Virus record (IMG/VR): IMGVR_UViG_3300028800_000059
Location: 113,319 to 177,318 of that record
Length of the DNA: 64,000 nucleotides
Reading direction: 5' to 3' (one strand)
Source of the DNA: a virus
Position numbers and translations under genes: made by a program. Shown one piece after another: positions 7,983 to 17,401 of the stretch. How positions within the stretch are numbered: position 1 is the first letter of the stretch; every line of letters begins with the position of its first letter. The notes below the pieces were generated by a model, which saw only the letters and a list, made by a program, of their open reading frames with translations, ran no database searches and was not told the DNA's origin.

Positions 7983-9707
7983 TTACACCTTTGTCATTTG
8001 AGAAAATTCATTTTTCGTTTCGAATTTAATAGCCGATCTAAATTTATCAAACAGAATATCCGTATGATGACTGATGATGAAAATATTCACTTCTTCACCA
8101 AATTTTTGAATGATTTTCAAAAGCGCATCCGTGCCTTCCGGGTCCAGAGATGAATCAAAAACTTCATCCATAATCAATAGATTCGTTGACACTGAATTTT
8201 TCAATTTGGCAATTGCTCGCCATGTGAACAAAAGAGCCAGATCAATGCGTTGTTTCTGTCCTTCTGAAAAACTTTCGTAAGTAAAATCGTCGCGGTGGCG
8301 ACTCTTGATTTTTTCATTGAAATTTTCATCCAGCGTGAAATTAGCATAGAAATCCATGTCATCCAGATATTTGTTGACCAACTTATTGATCACTGGAATA
8401 TATTGCTTGATGATTTTTGTCTTCGGCCCATCATCCGACAAAAGATCAACCATGGCCTCATGATAGGAACGCTCATATATCATTTCAGTTCTATCAGCAT
8501 CCAAGGCAGTTAAATCCTTGATGGCATCATCTAATTGAGTTTGATAATCCTGGCCAGTGACAGGAGAGGCCCCTTTTAGGACACTGTTTTCATCTTGGAG
8601 TTTTTTGATATATTTTTCAATGGAATTGATTTGTTCATCAATCTTAGCCACTGATTTTTCATATTGAAGAATTTCACTCAAAACCTTGGCAATTTCAGAT
8701 CGGCGTTGTGTAAATTTGCCTAGATCGCTTTTAAGTTTGTCTCGACCTACTTCATATTTGTTCAACTTAATTTTTAAATCTTGGGTTGATTCCATTTTCT
8801 TGATGGGTGGAATTTCCTGTAAACAAGTCGGGCAGTTATCATTGTCTCGATAAAATTTCAATTGTTCTTTGTAAGTTTCAATGTTGTGGTCAAATTTTCC
8901 ACGATACCCTAACATGGCCTCAATTTTGTCGCTGTTTTCTTTTTGATCCAATATCGAATCTTTTAGAATTTTTATGTTATCAAGTTTGATTTGGCGATTA
9001 TCAGCCAGGGCAGCGGCTTCGATATCGTGCTTATCAATTTCTTCCTGGTTCTTATCGATCTTGGATTGATTGGAGATTTTCATATCCGCCAAATGCTGTT
9101 TCAGTAGACGAATTTTTTCATCCAAGAAACTCTTGGCCTTGCTATTATTTTCCAGAAGTTCTTTCAGAGCAATCAACTTCTGTTTGACCAACAAATTCAT
9201 TGGCGCAAAAATTTGAATGTCCAAAATATCTTCAATGATGCCACGGCGTGCGCCAGTCGTCAATCTCATAAATGCCGAGGCGCCTTTGGCCGAACCAAGA
9301 ATGACAATTTGATCGAAAGTCTTCTTCGACATTTTCAAGATAGACTTTTCCAGGTAATCTTGATAATCGCCTATCTTTGCATCTTGTTTGACAAGCACCC
9401 CGTTTTTCCAAATCTCAAAAACAGCAGGCTTCAATCCTCGAATGATTTTGTATTTGTTAGTGCCAATGGAAAATTCCAACTCAACCACTAGTTCTTTTTG
9501 GTTGATCGAATTGATTAGCTGTGGCAGATTGATATTACGGAAAGGCTTCTTCCATAGAGCAAAATCAATGGCGTCTAAAATTTGTGATTTGCCATGCCCA
9601 TTCTTTCCAACAATCAGAGTCGTGGAACTCTTATCCAAAACAATTTCAGTAAATGAATTGCCTGTGTTTAGGAGATTTTTCCACCGTACCACATGAAATT
9701 TTATCAT
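7983..9707 (-). CDS. gp46: recombination endonuclease ATPase subunit (Rad50/SbcC-like)
   Basis: Walker A GKNGHGKS, zinc hook CPTC, signature FSEGQKQRIDLALLF, Walker B LLIMDEVFDSSLD. Confidence 0.97.
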   Translation of the reverse strand: MIKFHVVRWKNLLNTGNSFTEIVLDKSSTTLIVGKNGHGKSQILDAIDFALWKKPFRNINLPQLINSINQKELVVELEFSIGTNKYKIIRGLKPAVFEIWKNGVLVKQDAKIGDYQDYLEKSILKMSKKTFDQIVILGSAKGASAFMRLTTGARRGIIEDILDIQIFAPMNLLVKQKLIALKELLENNSKAKSFLDEKIRLLKQHLADMKISNQSKIDKNQEEIDKHDIEAAALADNRQIKLDNIKILKDSILDQKENSDKIEAMLGYRGKFDHNIETYKEQLKFYRDNDNCPTCLQEIPPIKKMESTQDLKIKLNKYEVGRDKLKSDLGKFTQRRSEIAKVLSEILQYEKSVAKIDEQINSIEKYIKKLQDENSVLKGASPVTGQDYQTQLDDAIKDLTALDADRTEMIYERSYHEAMVDLLSDDGPKTKIIKQYIPVINKLVNKYLDDMDFYANFTLDENFNEKIKSRHRDDFTYESFSEGQKQRIDLALLFTWRAIAKLKNSVSTNLLIMDEVFDSSLDPEGTDALLKIIQKFGEEVNIFIISHHTDILFDKFRSAIKFETKNEFSQMTKV

Positions 9708-10798
9708 TATGCCGACTCCAATGCCAAGGCATCCGAATGAATTTTACGCATCAGAGATTTTAGTTTCTGTGGGTCTAATTCCGTCGGACAAGTTGCGTCA
9801 ATGGTTTCTTCCAATATTGTAACAATGTCTGATGATTTTTCGATCCCTTCTGTGGTGACTGAACCAGATGAATTTGAAGAAGGAGAATTATCAATATATT
9901 TTTCAACGATTGAAACATCGGCAACTCCAGCCTTGTATAGTGAATCTAAAAACACATCAAACCAATCGGGATGTTCCTTTTCGACAACCACAATTTTTAC
10001 GTAACAATTTTTAGTATAAGAAAAATCCAACTTATTCAAATTTTCCAATGTCTCTTTTCTGTCGTCATATACAATTTTGTGGAACATTCGATAGGGATTT
10101 TTGATGAACTGTAAATCCAATGTGTCGGTATCCAATACATGAAAGCCACGTGGATCATTCCAATCAGCCCAAGTAATCTCATAGGGATTTCCTAGATATG
10201 TGACAAGGCCATCCGTGGATCGATGATGAAAATGTCCACTTAGTACCATATCGAATTTATCAAACCATTTTCTTGGAGTAATTCCAGTGTGACAAAAATT
10301 TCCTTTGTCCATTTCGAAACCAGCTATTTCCAAATGTCCCATTACCAATCGCGCATCAGTTTCACGCAATAGCTTTTCAGTTTCTCCAATGTTTGTAGGA
10401 TTAACCCAAGGCAGCAAGATTGTTTTACGCCCATCCAGGTCTATCTCAACCGGGTCTGGATAAATTTTAACATTGGAATATTCAACGAAAATATCCTCAA
10501 TGGCATTAGGCGTATTGAATGTTTTCAAAGGACAGTCATGATTGCCTGGAATGTAGATACAATCCACTTCCATTTGTTTAAGTGGATTGCCAAATCTCTT
10601 GTGAATGGTATCCAAAATCTGGAGATTTATGAATTTGCGATGCTCGACAAAATCACCAAGGCAAGCCATTTGCTTTATGTTGTGATCCTTTAAGTAGGGA
10701 AAAAACACATTCTCATAAAACTTGAAAAAGAATTCATTGAAAATTGGCGAAGCCTGGCGCGCTCCAAAATGAAGATCGGTTATAATTGGAAGAAGCAT
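9707..10798 (-). CDS. gp47: recombination endonuclease nuclease subunit (Mre11/SbcD-like)
   Basis: TDLHFG, GDFV, GNHD, GHLE, SGHFH phosphoesterase motifs; adjacent to gp46. Confidence 0.97.
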   Translation of the reverse strand: MLLPIITDLHFGARQASPIFNEFFFKFYENVFFPYLKDHNIKQMACLGDFVEHRKFINLQILDTIHKRFGNPLKQMEVDCIYIPGNHDCPLKTFNTPNAIEDIFVEYSNVKIYPDPVEIDLDGRKTILLPWVNPTNIGETEKLLRETDARLVMGHLEIAGFEMDKGNFCHTGITPRKWFDKFDMVLSGHFHHRSTDGLVTYLGNPYEITWADWNDPRGFHVLDTDTLDLQFIKNPYRMFHKIVYDDRKETLENLNKLDFSYTKNCYVKIVVVEKEHPDWFDVFLDSLYKAGVADVSIVEKYIDNSPSSNSSGSVTTEGIEKSSDIVTILEETIDATCPTELDPQKLKSLMRKIHSDALALESA

Positions 10799-11181
10799 TA
10801 TTTCGCATCCATGAGATATTTAATACCAGATTTCAATAGCATTACACTATCCTTAAACATACCCAATGCCACATTACAATTATTGCAAAGAAATCCTCGA
10901 ACCTTATTTGTGACGTGATCGTGATCGATGACCAAATCACTATCGGTTTTGCATATGGCACATAGATTATTTTGCCCCGTCAATATTTCTGCATAGGTAT
11001 CAGGCGTCAATCCGTATCTGTATTTGATTTTATTCGTCCAATTTCTTTCCTTGATACAAGAAAAACATTTTCTAGTTTTTATGTCTCGTTTTGTTAATCC
11101 ACAATGACCACATGGGAGTCCATGGTAATATTTGGCGCCGCGGTTCTGCGCTTTTTGTAAATTACTTAATCTCTTTCGCAT
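10798..11181 (-). CDS. endonuclease VII-family HNH nuclease, probably a free-standing homing endonuclease
   Basis: CAIC…IDHDH…VRGFLCNNCN; N-terminal Cys cluster CGHC…CFSC. Confidence 0.8.
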   Translation of the reverse strand: MRKRLSNLQKAQNRGAKYYHGLPCGHCGLTKRDIKTRKCFSCIKERNWTNKIKYRYGLTPDTYAEILTGQNNLCAICKTDSDLVIDHDHVTNKVRGFLCNNCNVALGMFKDSVMLLKSGIKYLMDAK

Positions 11182-11250
11182 TTAACGAGAAGTGCCCTAT
11201 TACACTCAATACACGATATTCCACAAAAAATCATGTGAAATTTCAATGTC

Positions 11251-11496
11251 CTATCGACGGCTTTTTCGTTTTTCTTCTTTTCGTTGCGCTATTCTATATC
11301 CTGATGTAGAAGGTCCCTTATGATCCACTTTATCGTTGAACTCTCTTAGGTACTGATTTTGCGCCTTACCGATTTCATTCATGATATCAGTCAATTGGGA
11401 ATCGTAATTGTCACGCTGTTCAAACGGAATAGATTTGTCACGCAACTTTTCGATTAGATACATAATCTGGGTAGGCAGAAGAATATGCTTAGTCAT
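11251..11496 (-). CDS. hypothetical protein
   Basis: 81-aa ORF with GGAG upstream, between gp55 and gp47. Confidence 0.65.
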   Translation of the reverse strand: MTKHILLPTQIMYLIEKLRDKSIPFEQRDNYDSQLTDIMNEIGKAQNQYLREFNDKVDHKGPSTSGYRIAQRKEEKRKSRR

Positions 11497-11541
11497 TGTT
11501 TTTACTCCTTGTCTTATTATAGCGGACGCAACTAAAAATGT

Positions 11542-12156
11542 CTATCGCTTTTTCTTGTCCTTCTTTTTGGCTGCCTTTAACTTAATCACCGCAGCCTCTA
11601 ATTTTTTGGCCTTGCGTGCCTCTTCGTTTTTCTCATATACCGAAATGAATTCGGATATGTTGTCGTACACTTGTTTTGGTTTCATTCCATAATCTGCTAT
11701 GGTAGAATCATTTTCTAATCCAGATATATCATCCATGACGCCAGAATTGATTGCTGACTTATATTTCACATACATCTGTTTCTTTTCGCGCATGACACGC
11801 CGAATTGCGGCATAGTAAATGATCTGGGTGAAATAGGCAAAAGCATCGCCCTTCTTTGGATTGTAGTTGTGCCAATACATCAGACAATTTTCGACTCCAT
11901 CATGCACCATGTCCTGTTTATATTCAGGTGTATAGTCATAAAAATTAGGAGCCTTCATTAGGCCCCATCCAATCTTGGTCCATACTTGACAAAGATAATT
12001 TGGTATTGGAGGAACAGGCAACTTTTCTCGTTTAGCCTTTCGACATGCCTTCTGATAATCGATCAGAGTTTTTTCTAATACTGCCTTGTCTACATAATCT
12101 TCCTTTTTGCTTTTTCTCGGTGTCTTTGGTTTTTTTGGTGTAAAATTAACTTCCAT
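11542..12156 (-). CDS. gp55: late-transcription sigma factor
   Basis: YVDK…IPNY…PNFYDYT…DMVHDGVENCLMYWHNYNP…AFAYFTQIIYYAAIRRVMREKKQ. Confidence 0.95.
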   Translation of the reverse strand: MEVNFTPKKPKTPRKSKKEDYVDKAVLEKTLIDYQKACRKAKREKLPVPPIPNYLCQVWTKIGWGLMKAPNFYDYTPEYKQDMVHDGVENCLMYWHNYNPKKGDAFAYFTQIIYYAAIRRVMREKKQMYVKYKSAINSGVMDDISGLENDSTIADYGMKPKQVYDNISEFISVYEKNEEARKAKKLEAAVIKLKAAKKKDKKKR

Positions 12157-12165
12157 CTTTTTTGA

Positions 12166-12193
12166 TTGACAACTCCGGGTTTTAGGATATAAT
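12166..12193 (+). promoter_or_regulatory. sigma70-type promoter oriented antisense to the local genes
   Basis: TTGACA (12166-12171), 16-nt spacer, TATAAT (12188-12193). Confidence 0.6.
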
Positions 12194-12237
12194 AAAGGAC
12201 CCCTTTAGACCTCCGTTATATTCCCCTGTAGGGTTTC

Positions 12238-12858
12238 TTAGTTCTTAGGCTTATCTTTGAGAGATTCGAAATGAGCATTGAAGTCTTCAAGAGAAACAAC
12301 ATTATTAGAAGCCTTGATTTCAACAATCTTTCCTTTCTCAGCATGAAGGGCCTTTTCTCTCACAAAATCCTCTTTCAGCTTATTAAATTCCTCTGATGTT
12401 GAATAATAGGCATTAGTCAATTCCTTAGAAGCCTTCTGCCATCCAAGAATGTGTGTTCCGTTGACTGGAAAATATTCACCATCATCAACTAAAACATCAA
12501 ATCTCCACCTAGTCAGAACAGGAACAATCCTGTCATCCGAAGTCATTACATAATTGATCTTCATTGGATTCTTGAACCAATAAAATTCTCCACTCTGTGG
12601 ACAGTCTGTAGGATCAATTTCTGAGGTCTGGTTTGCGAAAATAGACTTTTCTACCTTGCTCACATTACAAATGACATCATCATGTGTAATCAATCTAGTG
12701 AAAAAAAGAGTTTCGTGAACTGGTTCTTGTGGAACTTGTTGTTCTGGTAGCGAAGCAATAACTTCGGTTACCTTCTTATTCAATTCCTCTCGGGTCATGA
12801 AAGGAATCACATTATCATCAACTAAATCGTCTGTTACTGGCAGATTATCATCAAACAT
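12238..12858 (-). CDS. hypothetical protein at the conserved uvsW-gp55 position
   Basis: start moved to MFDDNLP because AAGGAGG precedes it; synteny with T4-like phages. Confidence 0.7.
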   Translation of the reverse strand: MFDDNLPVTDDLVDDNVIPFMTREELNKKVTEVIASLPEQQVPQEPVHETLFFTRLITHDDVICNVSKVEKSIFANQTSEIDPTDCPQSGEFYWFKNPMKINYVMTSDDRIVPVLTRWRFDVLVDDGEYFPVNGTHILGWQKASKELTNAYYSTSEEFNKLKEDFVREKALHAEKGKIVEIKASNNVVSLEDFNAHFESLKDKPKN

Positions 12859-12936
12859 TGTTTCCTCCTTGGGCAAATTGTCTACAAATAGTCGAGCCAT
12901 AATAAAAACACACTCCATCAGGACAGTCACATGGCA

Positions 12937-14526
12937 TCATAAATGGCTCCCCTTTAAATCGACGTTGTAAATTTTGTAAGGAAACTGTTCGCCATCATAT
13001 ATATCCACCCGTTCCAAGAAATGAGAGAGTGTATGATTAGGCGTACCAGGATTTCCTTGTTTATCATTAATTCTTAGATCATCGGTAATATCGTAAATTT
13101 TAAGTGTCTTGTCGTCTCCGAAAAGTCTAAGGCCACGGCCGATGGCCTGTCTCATTCTAATTCGACTTTTAAAGGCTGTGGCGAAAATGATATTGTGTAG
13201 ATTCTTGATGTTGATGCCCGTCGCAAATGTTCCATAGGATGCCAGGACTACACCATTTTCATCCTTTTCAATTTCGCCACGATATTTATTTCTTAGATCG
13301 GTATCAATGTCTCCATCCACATAATACAATGTACGCCAAGGTTCAAGTTTTTCTTTGAACATTTCTTCCAAAATACGTCCCTGTTTCTCCTTCAGATGAA
13401 AAAGAATCAAGGTGTTTTCTTTCATTGACAACCCAAGGTTGACAATGAAATTATTTCGAGCCTGACTGCCTACAAGAAATTTGATTTCTTGATCATATTG
13501 AACTGATTTATGTCCATTCAATCTGGCAATGTCTTTTAGTCCTTTGGCTACTGTCTGTGGATGAACTAGAACAATGCCTTTGATTTTTAGATTGGACAAT
13601 ACTTTTTGATCAATCAGGTCTTTCGTAAATACTTCTTGTATTGCCAGACCATGTAGACCTTCAATAATCCATTTATTAACCTTGTAGTCATCCAGAGTTC
13701 CTGTCATTCCTATACGATATTTTGCATTGATCATATTCGATAAAATGTATATAATGCTTTTTGCTTTGGCACCGTGGGCTTCGTCCGTAATCACATAATC
13801 AAATTGTTCCAACCATTCTTTAGATTGTGCGACGGCTGTTTGCCAGGTAGAAATTACTATATGTGCTTTGGTATTTGGGTCGCGGCCTTCATATAATCTA
13901 AAGGTGTCAGCAGTATAAAGATATGCCTTACCAGAATAATCATTGAAATCTTCATATAGTTGTTCTACTAACGTGGTAGTAGGTACAATAATCAATCCTT
14001 TTTTGCCTTCTTGTTTGTGCCATAACCATGAGACAATCAGATAGGCAATCAAACTCTTTCCACCACCAGTAGGAAATATAATAGTGCGGCGTTTATCACG
14101 AATTGCCTTGGCGAACTCTTTTATTTGATCGTCTCGAACAGTTATTTTTTCGCCTTTGGCTCCACGAATATCTAAAGACTCCACGAATGTCTTGGCCTCG
14201 GCCAATGAAAATTCAGTAGTGAGGTTCGCAGGATTTCTTTTATCATAGGTCACATTGTATCCGCGATCTTTCGCGAACTCTTCAATATGAGGAACAAGTC
14301 CCGCATACAACAAAGAAGTCTTGGCATGTAGAAGTCTGATTTTTCCGTCCCATTGCTTGGCTCTGACGCGAGGATCGAAATGCATTTTAGGAACATCGAA
14401 TGTGAAATGGTCTCTAAGTTCCATGAGAACTCCCATTTCAGCGGCCACATGTATCCAGGCTTCGTTTATTTTTGTGACGTGGATATTGTTATAATCCGTG
14501 CCCATTGGTAAATTTCTGCCAATCAA
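12937..14526 (-). CDS. uvsW: SF2 DNA/RNA helicase UvsW
   Basis: WDGKIRL, PTGGGKS, DEAH, GMTGTL, RQAIGRGLR. Confidence 0.96.
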   Translation of the reverse strand: MIGRNLPMGTDYNNIHVTKINEAWIHVAAEMGVLMELRDHFTFDVPKMHFDPRVRAKQWDGKIRLLHAKTSLLYAGLVPHIEEFAKDRGYNVTYDKRNPANLTTEFSLAEAKTFVESLDIRGAKGEKITVRDDQIKEFAKAIRDKRRTIIFPTGGGKSLIAYLIVSWLWHKQEGKKGLIIVPTTTLVEQLYEDFNDYSGKAYLYTADTFRLYEGRDPNTKAHIVISTWQTAVAQSKEWLEQFDYVITDEAHGAKAKSIIYILSNMINAKYRIGMTGTLDDYKVNKWIIEGLHGLAIQEVFTKDLIDQKVLSNLKIKGIVLVHPQTVAKGLKDIARLNGHKSVQYDQEIKFLVGSQARNNFIVNLGLSMKENTLILFHLKEKQGRILEEMFKEKLEPWRTLYYVDGDIDTDLRNKYRGEIEKDENGVVLASYGTFATGINIKNLHNIIFATAFKSRIRMRQAIGRGLRLFGDDKTLKIYDITDDLRINDKQGNPGTPNHTLSHFLERVDIYDGEQFPYKIYNVDLKGSHL

Positions 14527-14935
14527 TAATGCTTCTTATTCCCCAATGCCTTTGGGAAATTTCCTTTATAATTCGGTCAAGACTATTCACTGCCAGATCA
14601 TGATAATCGCGCCTTATTTCTATTTTGGCGATTTCTTCATCACCATCGATAAAATCTTCGGCTTTCGGATCGGATAATTTCAATTGGAAAGGTTCCCATC
14701 CAAGCGAAGTCAATTCTTCGCGAGACAAAGCGCCTTTGACCCATTTCCATTTGTTGACGCGCAGCCGCTTTAAATCAAAAGCTGCCTTGGATGCGCCTTT
14801 TTTATGGGCAACATAATATTTCAGATATTTTGAATGAAGCTTTCCAGTACGAGTTTCTTCCCGCGCTGGCTCAGTTTCATCCAAAGATGAATCTGTTTCC
14901 CATTCTTCCAGAATGTCTTCTAGTGTTTTTATCAT
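14489..14935 (-). CDS. uvsY: recombination mediator UvsY
   Basis: LHSKYL…GWEPFQLK…IDGDEEI…I…R.W.IRSIIDWQKFTNG; adjacent to uvsW. Confidence 0.92.
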   Translation of the reverse strand: MIKTLEDILEEWETDSSLDETEPAREETRTGKLHSKYLKYYVAHKKGASKAAFDLKRLRVNKWKWVKGALSREELTSLGWEPFQLKLSDPKAEDFIDGDEEIAKIEIRRDYHDLAVNSLDRIIKEISQRHWGIRSIIDWQKFTNGHGL

Positions 14936-15126
14936 GTTTTATAGATATTAACTTTGCCGTCTTTTTCTAATACAACCTGGCATCTAATATCTGGTGGATA
15001 GACCTGAAAAGTATAGACCAGTTCCGTGTCGCCAGGTTCTACCTTTCCTAATCGAACTGCCTCGGACAATAATTCCAATACTTTTTGTATGTGATAGATG
15101 GTATCTTTGTTTTCAATCAGCTTCAT
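14932..15126 (-). CDS. hypothetical protein
   Basis: 64-aa ORF with ATGA overlap to uvsY. Confidence 0.6.
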   Translation of the reverse strand: MKLIENKDTIYHIQKVLELLSEAVRLGKVEPGDTELVYTFQVYPPDIRCQVVLEKDGKVNIYKT

Positions 15127-15135
15127 GATTTTCTC

Positions 15136-15315
15136 TTACTTGGAATTTTTGATTTGATTGTGGAATCTCAAATGAGTCATGGAAGCCTCCAAGGCTTGAT
15201 CCCAGGTATGTCCTGTATCTACATAAACCTGTCCATCGGCAAGATATACAGTAGAATTGAAAATATCTCCTGCCTTTACAACTTCAATGGTATATAATTT
15301 AATAGCATCTGTCAT
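15136..15315 (-). CDS. small hypothetical protein, 59 aa (MTDAIKLYTIEVVKAG…), not in the ORF track
   Basis: GAGGTG SD, directly downstream of a consensus sigma70 promoter. Confidence 0.7.
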   Translation of the reverse strand: MTDAIKLYTIEVVKAGDIFNSTVYLADGQVYVDTGHTWDQALEASMTHLRFHNQIKNSK

Positions 15316-15334
15316 ATTTCACCTCTAGTTGCAT

Positions 15335-15363
15335 ATTATATATTGACAACCAATAATTGTCAA
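15335..15363 (-). promoter_or_regulatory. consensus sigma70 (early-type) promoter for the uvsY-uvsW-gp55 unit
   Basis: TTGACA-17 nt-TATAAT on the minus strand. Confidence 0.85.
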
Positions 15364-15371
15364 GCGGGGAT

Positions 15372-15911
15372 TTAACTTAAAGGCTGTCCCATGCGTTCTA
15401 CTTCCAGGTAGAAATATCGAAATGTTGCGTCGCAAGTGAGCGCGGTTTCACCTGAATCAGTGGTAGTCATGTTGAATTGTGAAAGACTTGTTGGCCAGGC
15501 ATCCGTAAATCTTACTCTTACTCTAGGAGTGTTTTGATTTGAGTTGATTACCAATATCAAATCTGAGTAAAGAGTGTTTTGTTTTTCCAAAAGGAGTCTT
15601 CGTTCTTTGAAGGACGACATATTACCAACAGCCATCATCCAACTTGCTAATTCCCACCAATTCCAAATTTCTTCATCTAAAATGAAAGTAATAGTCAACG
15701 GATCGAGTGTGATTTTATTACCAGCGACCGGCCTATCAACAAAAGGAGTTAGTTGAACGGCTTCATTCAAATTCAATCCTGGCATGAATATGTTTTGGAC
15801 TGTCCAAATCATGTTTGGAAATTTGTCCAAATGAACGTTGAATTTGTTGGCCTGGAGTTGATTTAAGGACTTTGGTAGTTGTGAAAGAGCATTGTCTTTG
15901 GATGAAGTCAT
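15372..15911 (-). CDS. gp3: tail tube terminator / tail completion protein
   Basis: NQLQANKF…Q..FMPGLNL…TPF….AGNKITLDPLTITFILDEE..NW.E…W…SDLIL…F.DAWPTSLS…DATFRY. Confidence 0.88.
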   Translation of the reverse strand: MTSSKDNALSQLPKSLNQLQANKFNVHLDKFPNMIWTVQNIFMPGLNLNEAVQLTPFVDRPVAGNKITLDPLTITFILDEEIWNWWELASWMMAVGNMSSFKERRLLLEKQNTLYSDLILVINSNQNTPRVRVRFTDAWPTSLSQFNMTTTDSGETALTCDATFRYFYLEVERMGQPLS

Positions 15912-15913
15912 GA

Positions 15914-16552
15914 TTATCCCCAGGCACTGAAACCGGCAGGAATTGATCCATTAAATCCTGCGCCGTTCATGTTTATTGTTAAACTATTATTATCACTATC
16001 TCTAGCACCACCTTCGACAAAAAATGTGCTGCCTGACAATGCTGCATAACTAACACCGCCAACGCCGGTTGCTGGATCGGCTGAACCACCTTGATTCCAA
16101 ACAGTAGGTGCGTTGTTATTGCGCCACCAAATTAATTTGGCATCAAGATCGACGGCTACACCACCAAAATCTCCAGTTGAAAATGAAGGACCGACAATAA
16201 TACCTCCACCATTTATAAATGATAATCCATTGTTAGTAGAGCCAAGATGAATACCATATGAATCAGAACTAGCTCCACCACCGGGACATGTGCTTAAAGA
16301 TGCGCTGCCTTTGGCAATACCAACCGCAAGCAATCCAGAATTTGTCCCAACATGACATTCGAAATATTTTTTGCCGGTCGAATTGGATTTTATAGAACGA
16401 ATTGCTGATTCTGTTCCACCCAACCCATCATTAGTAAACGTCAAATTATTGTTTGACAGAATAAGATGGGAGTTTTTATCTGAGGGATTCCAAGTTGAAC
16501 TGGCTACAGCAGCAGCCGCGGCAGCATAAAAAGTAACTGGAAAAACGAACAT
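15914..16552 (-). CDS. SPRY/B30.2-domain putative virion protein
   Basis: WNPSDK…LSNNNLT…IRS…TGKKYFE…VGIA…GVAVDLDAKLIWWR. Confidence 0.75.
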   Translation of the reverse strand: MFVFPVTFYAAAAAAVASSTWNPSDKNSHLILSNNNLTFTNDGLGGTESAIRSIKSNSTGKKYFECHVGTNSGLLAVGIAKGSASLSTCPGGGASSDSYGIHLGSTNNGLSFINGGGIIVGPSFSTGDFGGVAVDLDAKLIWWRNNNAPTVWNQGGSADPATGVGGVSYAALSGSTFFVEGGARDSDNNSLTINMNGAGFNGSIPAGFSAWG

Positions 16553-16555
16553 TTT

Positions 16556-17041
16556 TTAGGCCAAATTAGTCGTGGCAACACCATACATGTTTGTGCCATC
16601 GCAAATCAATGTAATGATATCCTTGGAGTTGTTCGCCGTGGACAGAGTTGGTGGTGTTCCATTCGACCATTTGAATACAGGGTTCCATGTTACGAGCCAA
16701 TTACCTCCATTGGCCTGATTAAGAATCAGAGCATGGGTTCTAAATCTCATTCCAGTAGGAGCATTGACGTTTGCGTTTGCCGTCAAAGTCAAAGTTGCTA
16801 TTTGAATTGTTTCCAAATTCCAAGAAACATTTGCGGCAAAAGTTAGATTGGCTGATGGACCTCCTTGGGAGACCACAAATGGATTGTATCTATTTTCCAT
16901 AACATTGGCAGTATATAATGCCATGTTTGCCGTAGAAATAGAATTGGATGATATATTGACATTGGCTGTTTCCAACAATTCGTTGCCGGTCATTGAAGAA
17001 AGAGCCAGAGTTTGTAACTGAGAGATTTTTGTATTTGCCAT
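16556..17041 (-). CDS. putative virion fibre/adaptor protein
   Basis: MANTKISQL start under a late promoter; C-terminal beta module (…KWSNGTPPTLSTANNSKDIITLICDGTNMYGVAT) shared with 46519..47595. Confidence 0.7.
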   Translation of the reverse strand: MANTKISQLQTLALSSMTGNELLETANVNISSNSISTANMALYTANVMENRYNPFVVSQGGPSANLTFAANVSWNLETIQIATLTLTANANVNAPTGMRFRTHALILNQANGGNWLVTWNPVFKWSNGTPPTLSTANNSKDIITLICDGTNMYGVATTNLA

Positions 17042-17048
17042 GGTCTAG

Positions 17049-17056
17049 TATTTATA
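17049..17056 (-). promoter_or_regulatory. T4-type late promoter
   Basis: TATAAATA 7 nt before the ATG at 17041. Confidence 0.85.
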
Positions 17057-17057
17057 C

Positions 17058-17090
17058 AAAAAAATCTCGGACAAATTTCTCTGTCCGAGA
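17058..17090 (-). terminator. intrinsic terminator
   Basis: 9-bp stem TCTCGGACA/TGTCCGAGA followed by T7. Confidence 0.88.
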
Positions 17091-17100
17091 CTTCTTGTTC

Positions 17101-17398
17101 ATCAAATATGATCGGGGAGTGCTACCCGTCCCACCAATCCTATCTCGGCCTCCCTAACTTAGGGGCCTGATTGTATCAGGCAGACCAAACCTTGACAGGA
17201 TATTCCATGACTCCCTTGTGATTTATTAGACCTCCAAGATCGTCGTCATATACCCGACTAGTAATGGTTTTCTTGCCTACCAAATACATTTCCGTTTTCC
17301 CTTAACGGATCATGGTCGTGTGAAAGGCCGCCATGATTTATTTGGCCTACTTTAAAGGCCGCGTTGTTCCACTACGTTAAAACGCCATCATACTTGAT
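17101..17398 (-). ncRNA. candidate structured non-coding RNA (about 300 nt)
   Basis: 5' ATCAAGTATGAT pairs with 3' ATCATATTTGAT (12 bp with one G-U that works only on this strand); several internal hairpins; ends just before a terminator. Confidence 0.45.
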
Positions 17399-17401
17399 TT
17401 C

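Noticed and set aside
10798-11181. Calling the EndoVII-family ORF the gp49 Holliday junction resolvase
   Set aside because: It has an extra N-terminal Cys cluster, lacks an evident C-terminal dimerisation region and sits at a typical homing-endonuclease junction, so it was left unnamed.
17101-17398. tmRNA, RNase P RNA or group II intron identity for the structured segment
   Set aside because: There is a GGG-UAGCACU-CCC T-arm-like hairpin, a UAGUC and a TACCCGAC, but no proper acceptor stem/CCA, no GAGGAAAGUCC and no domain V.
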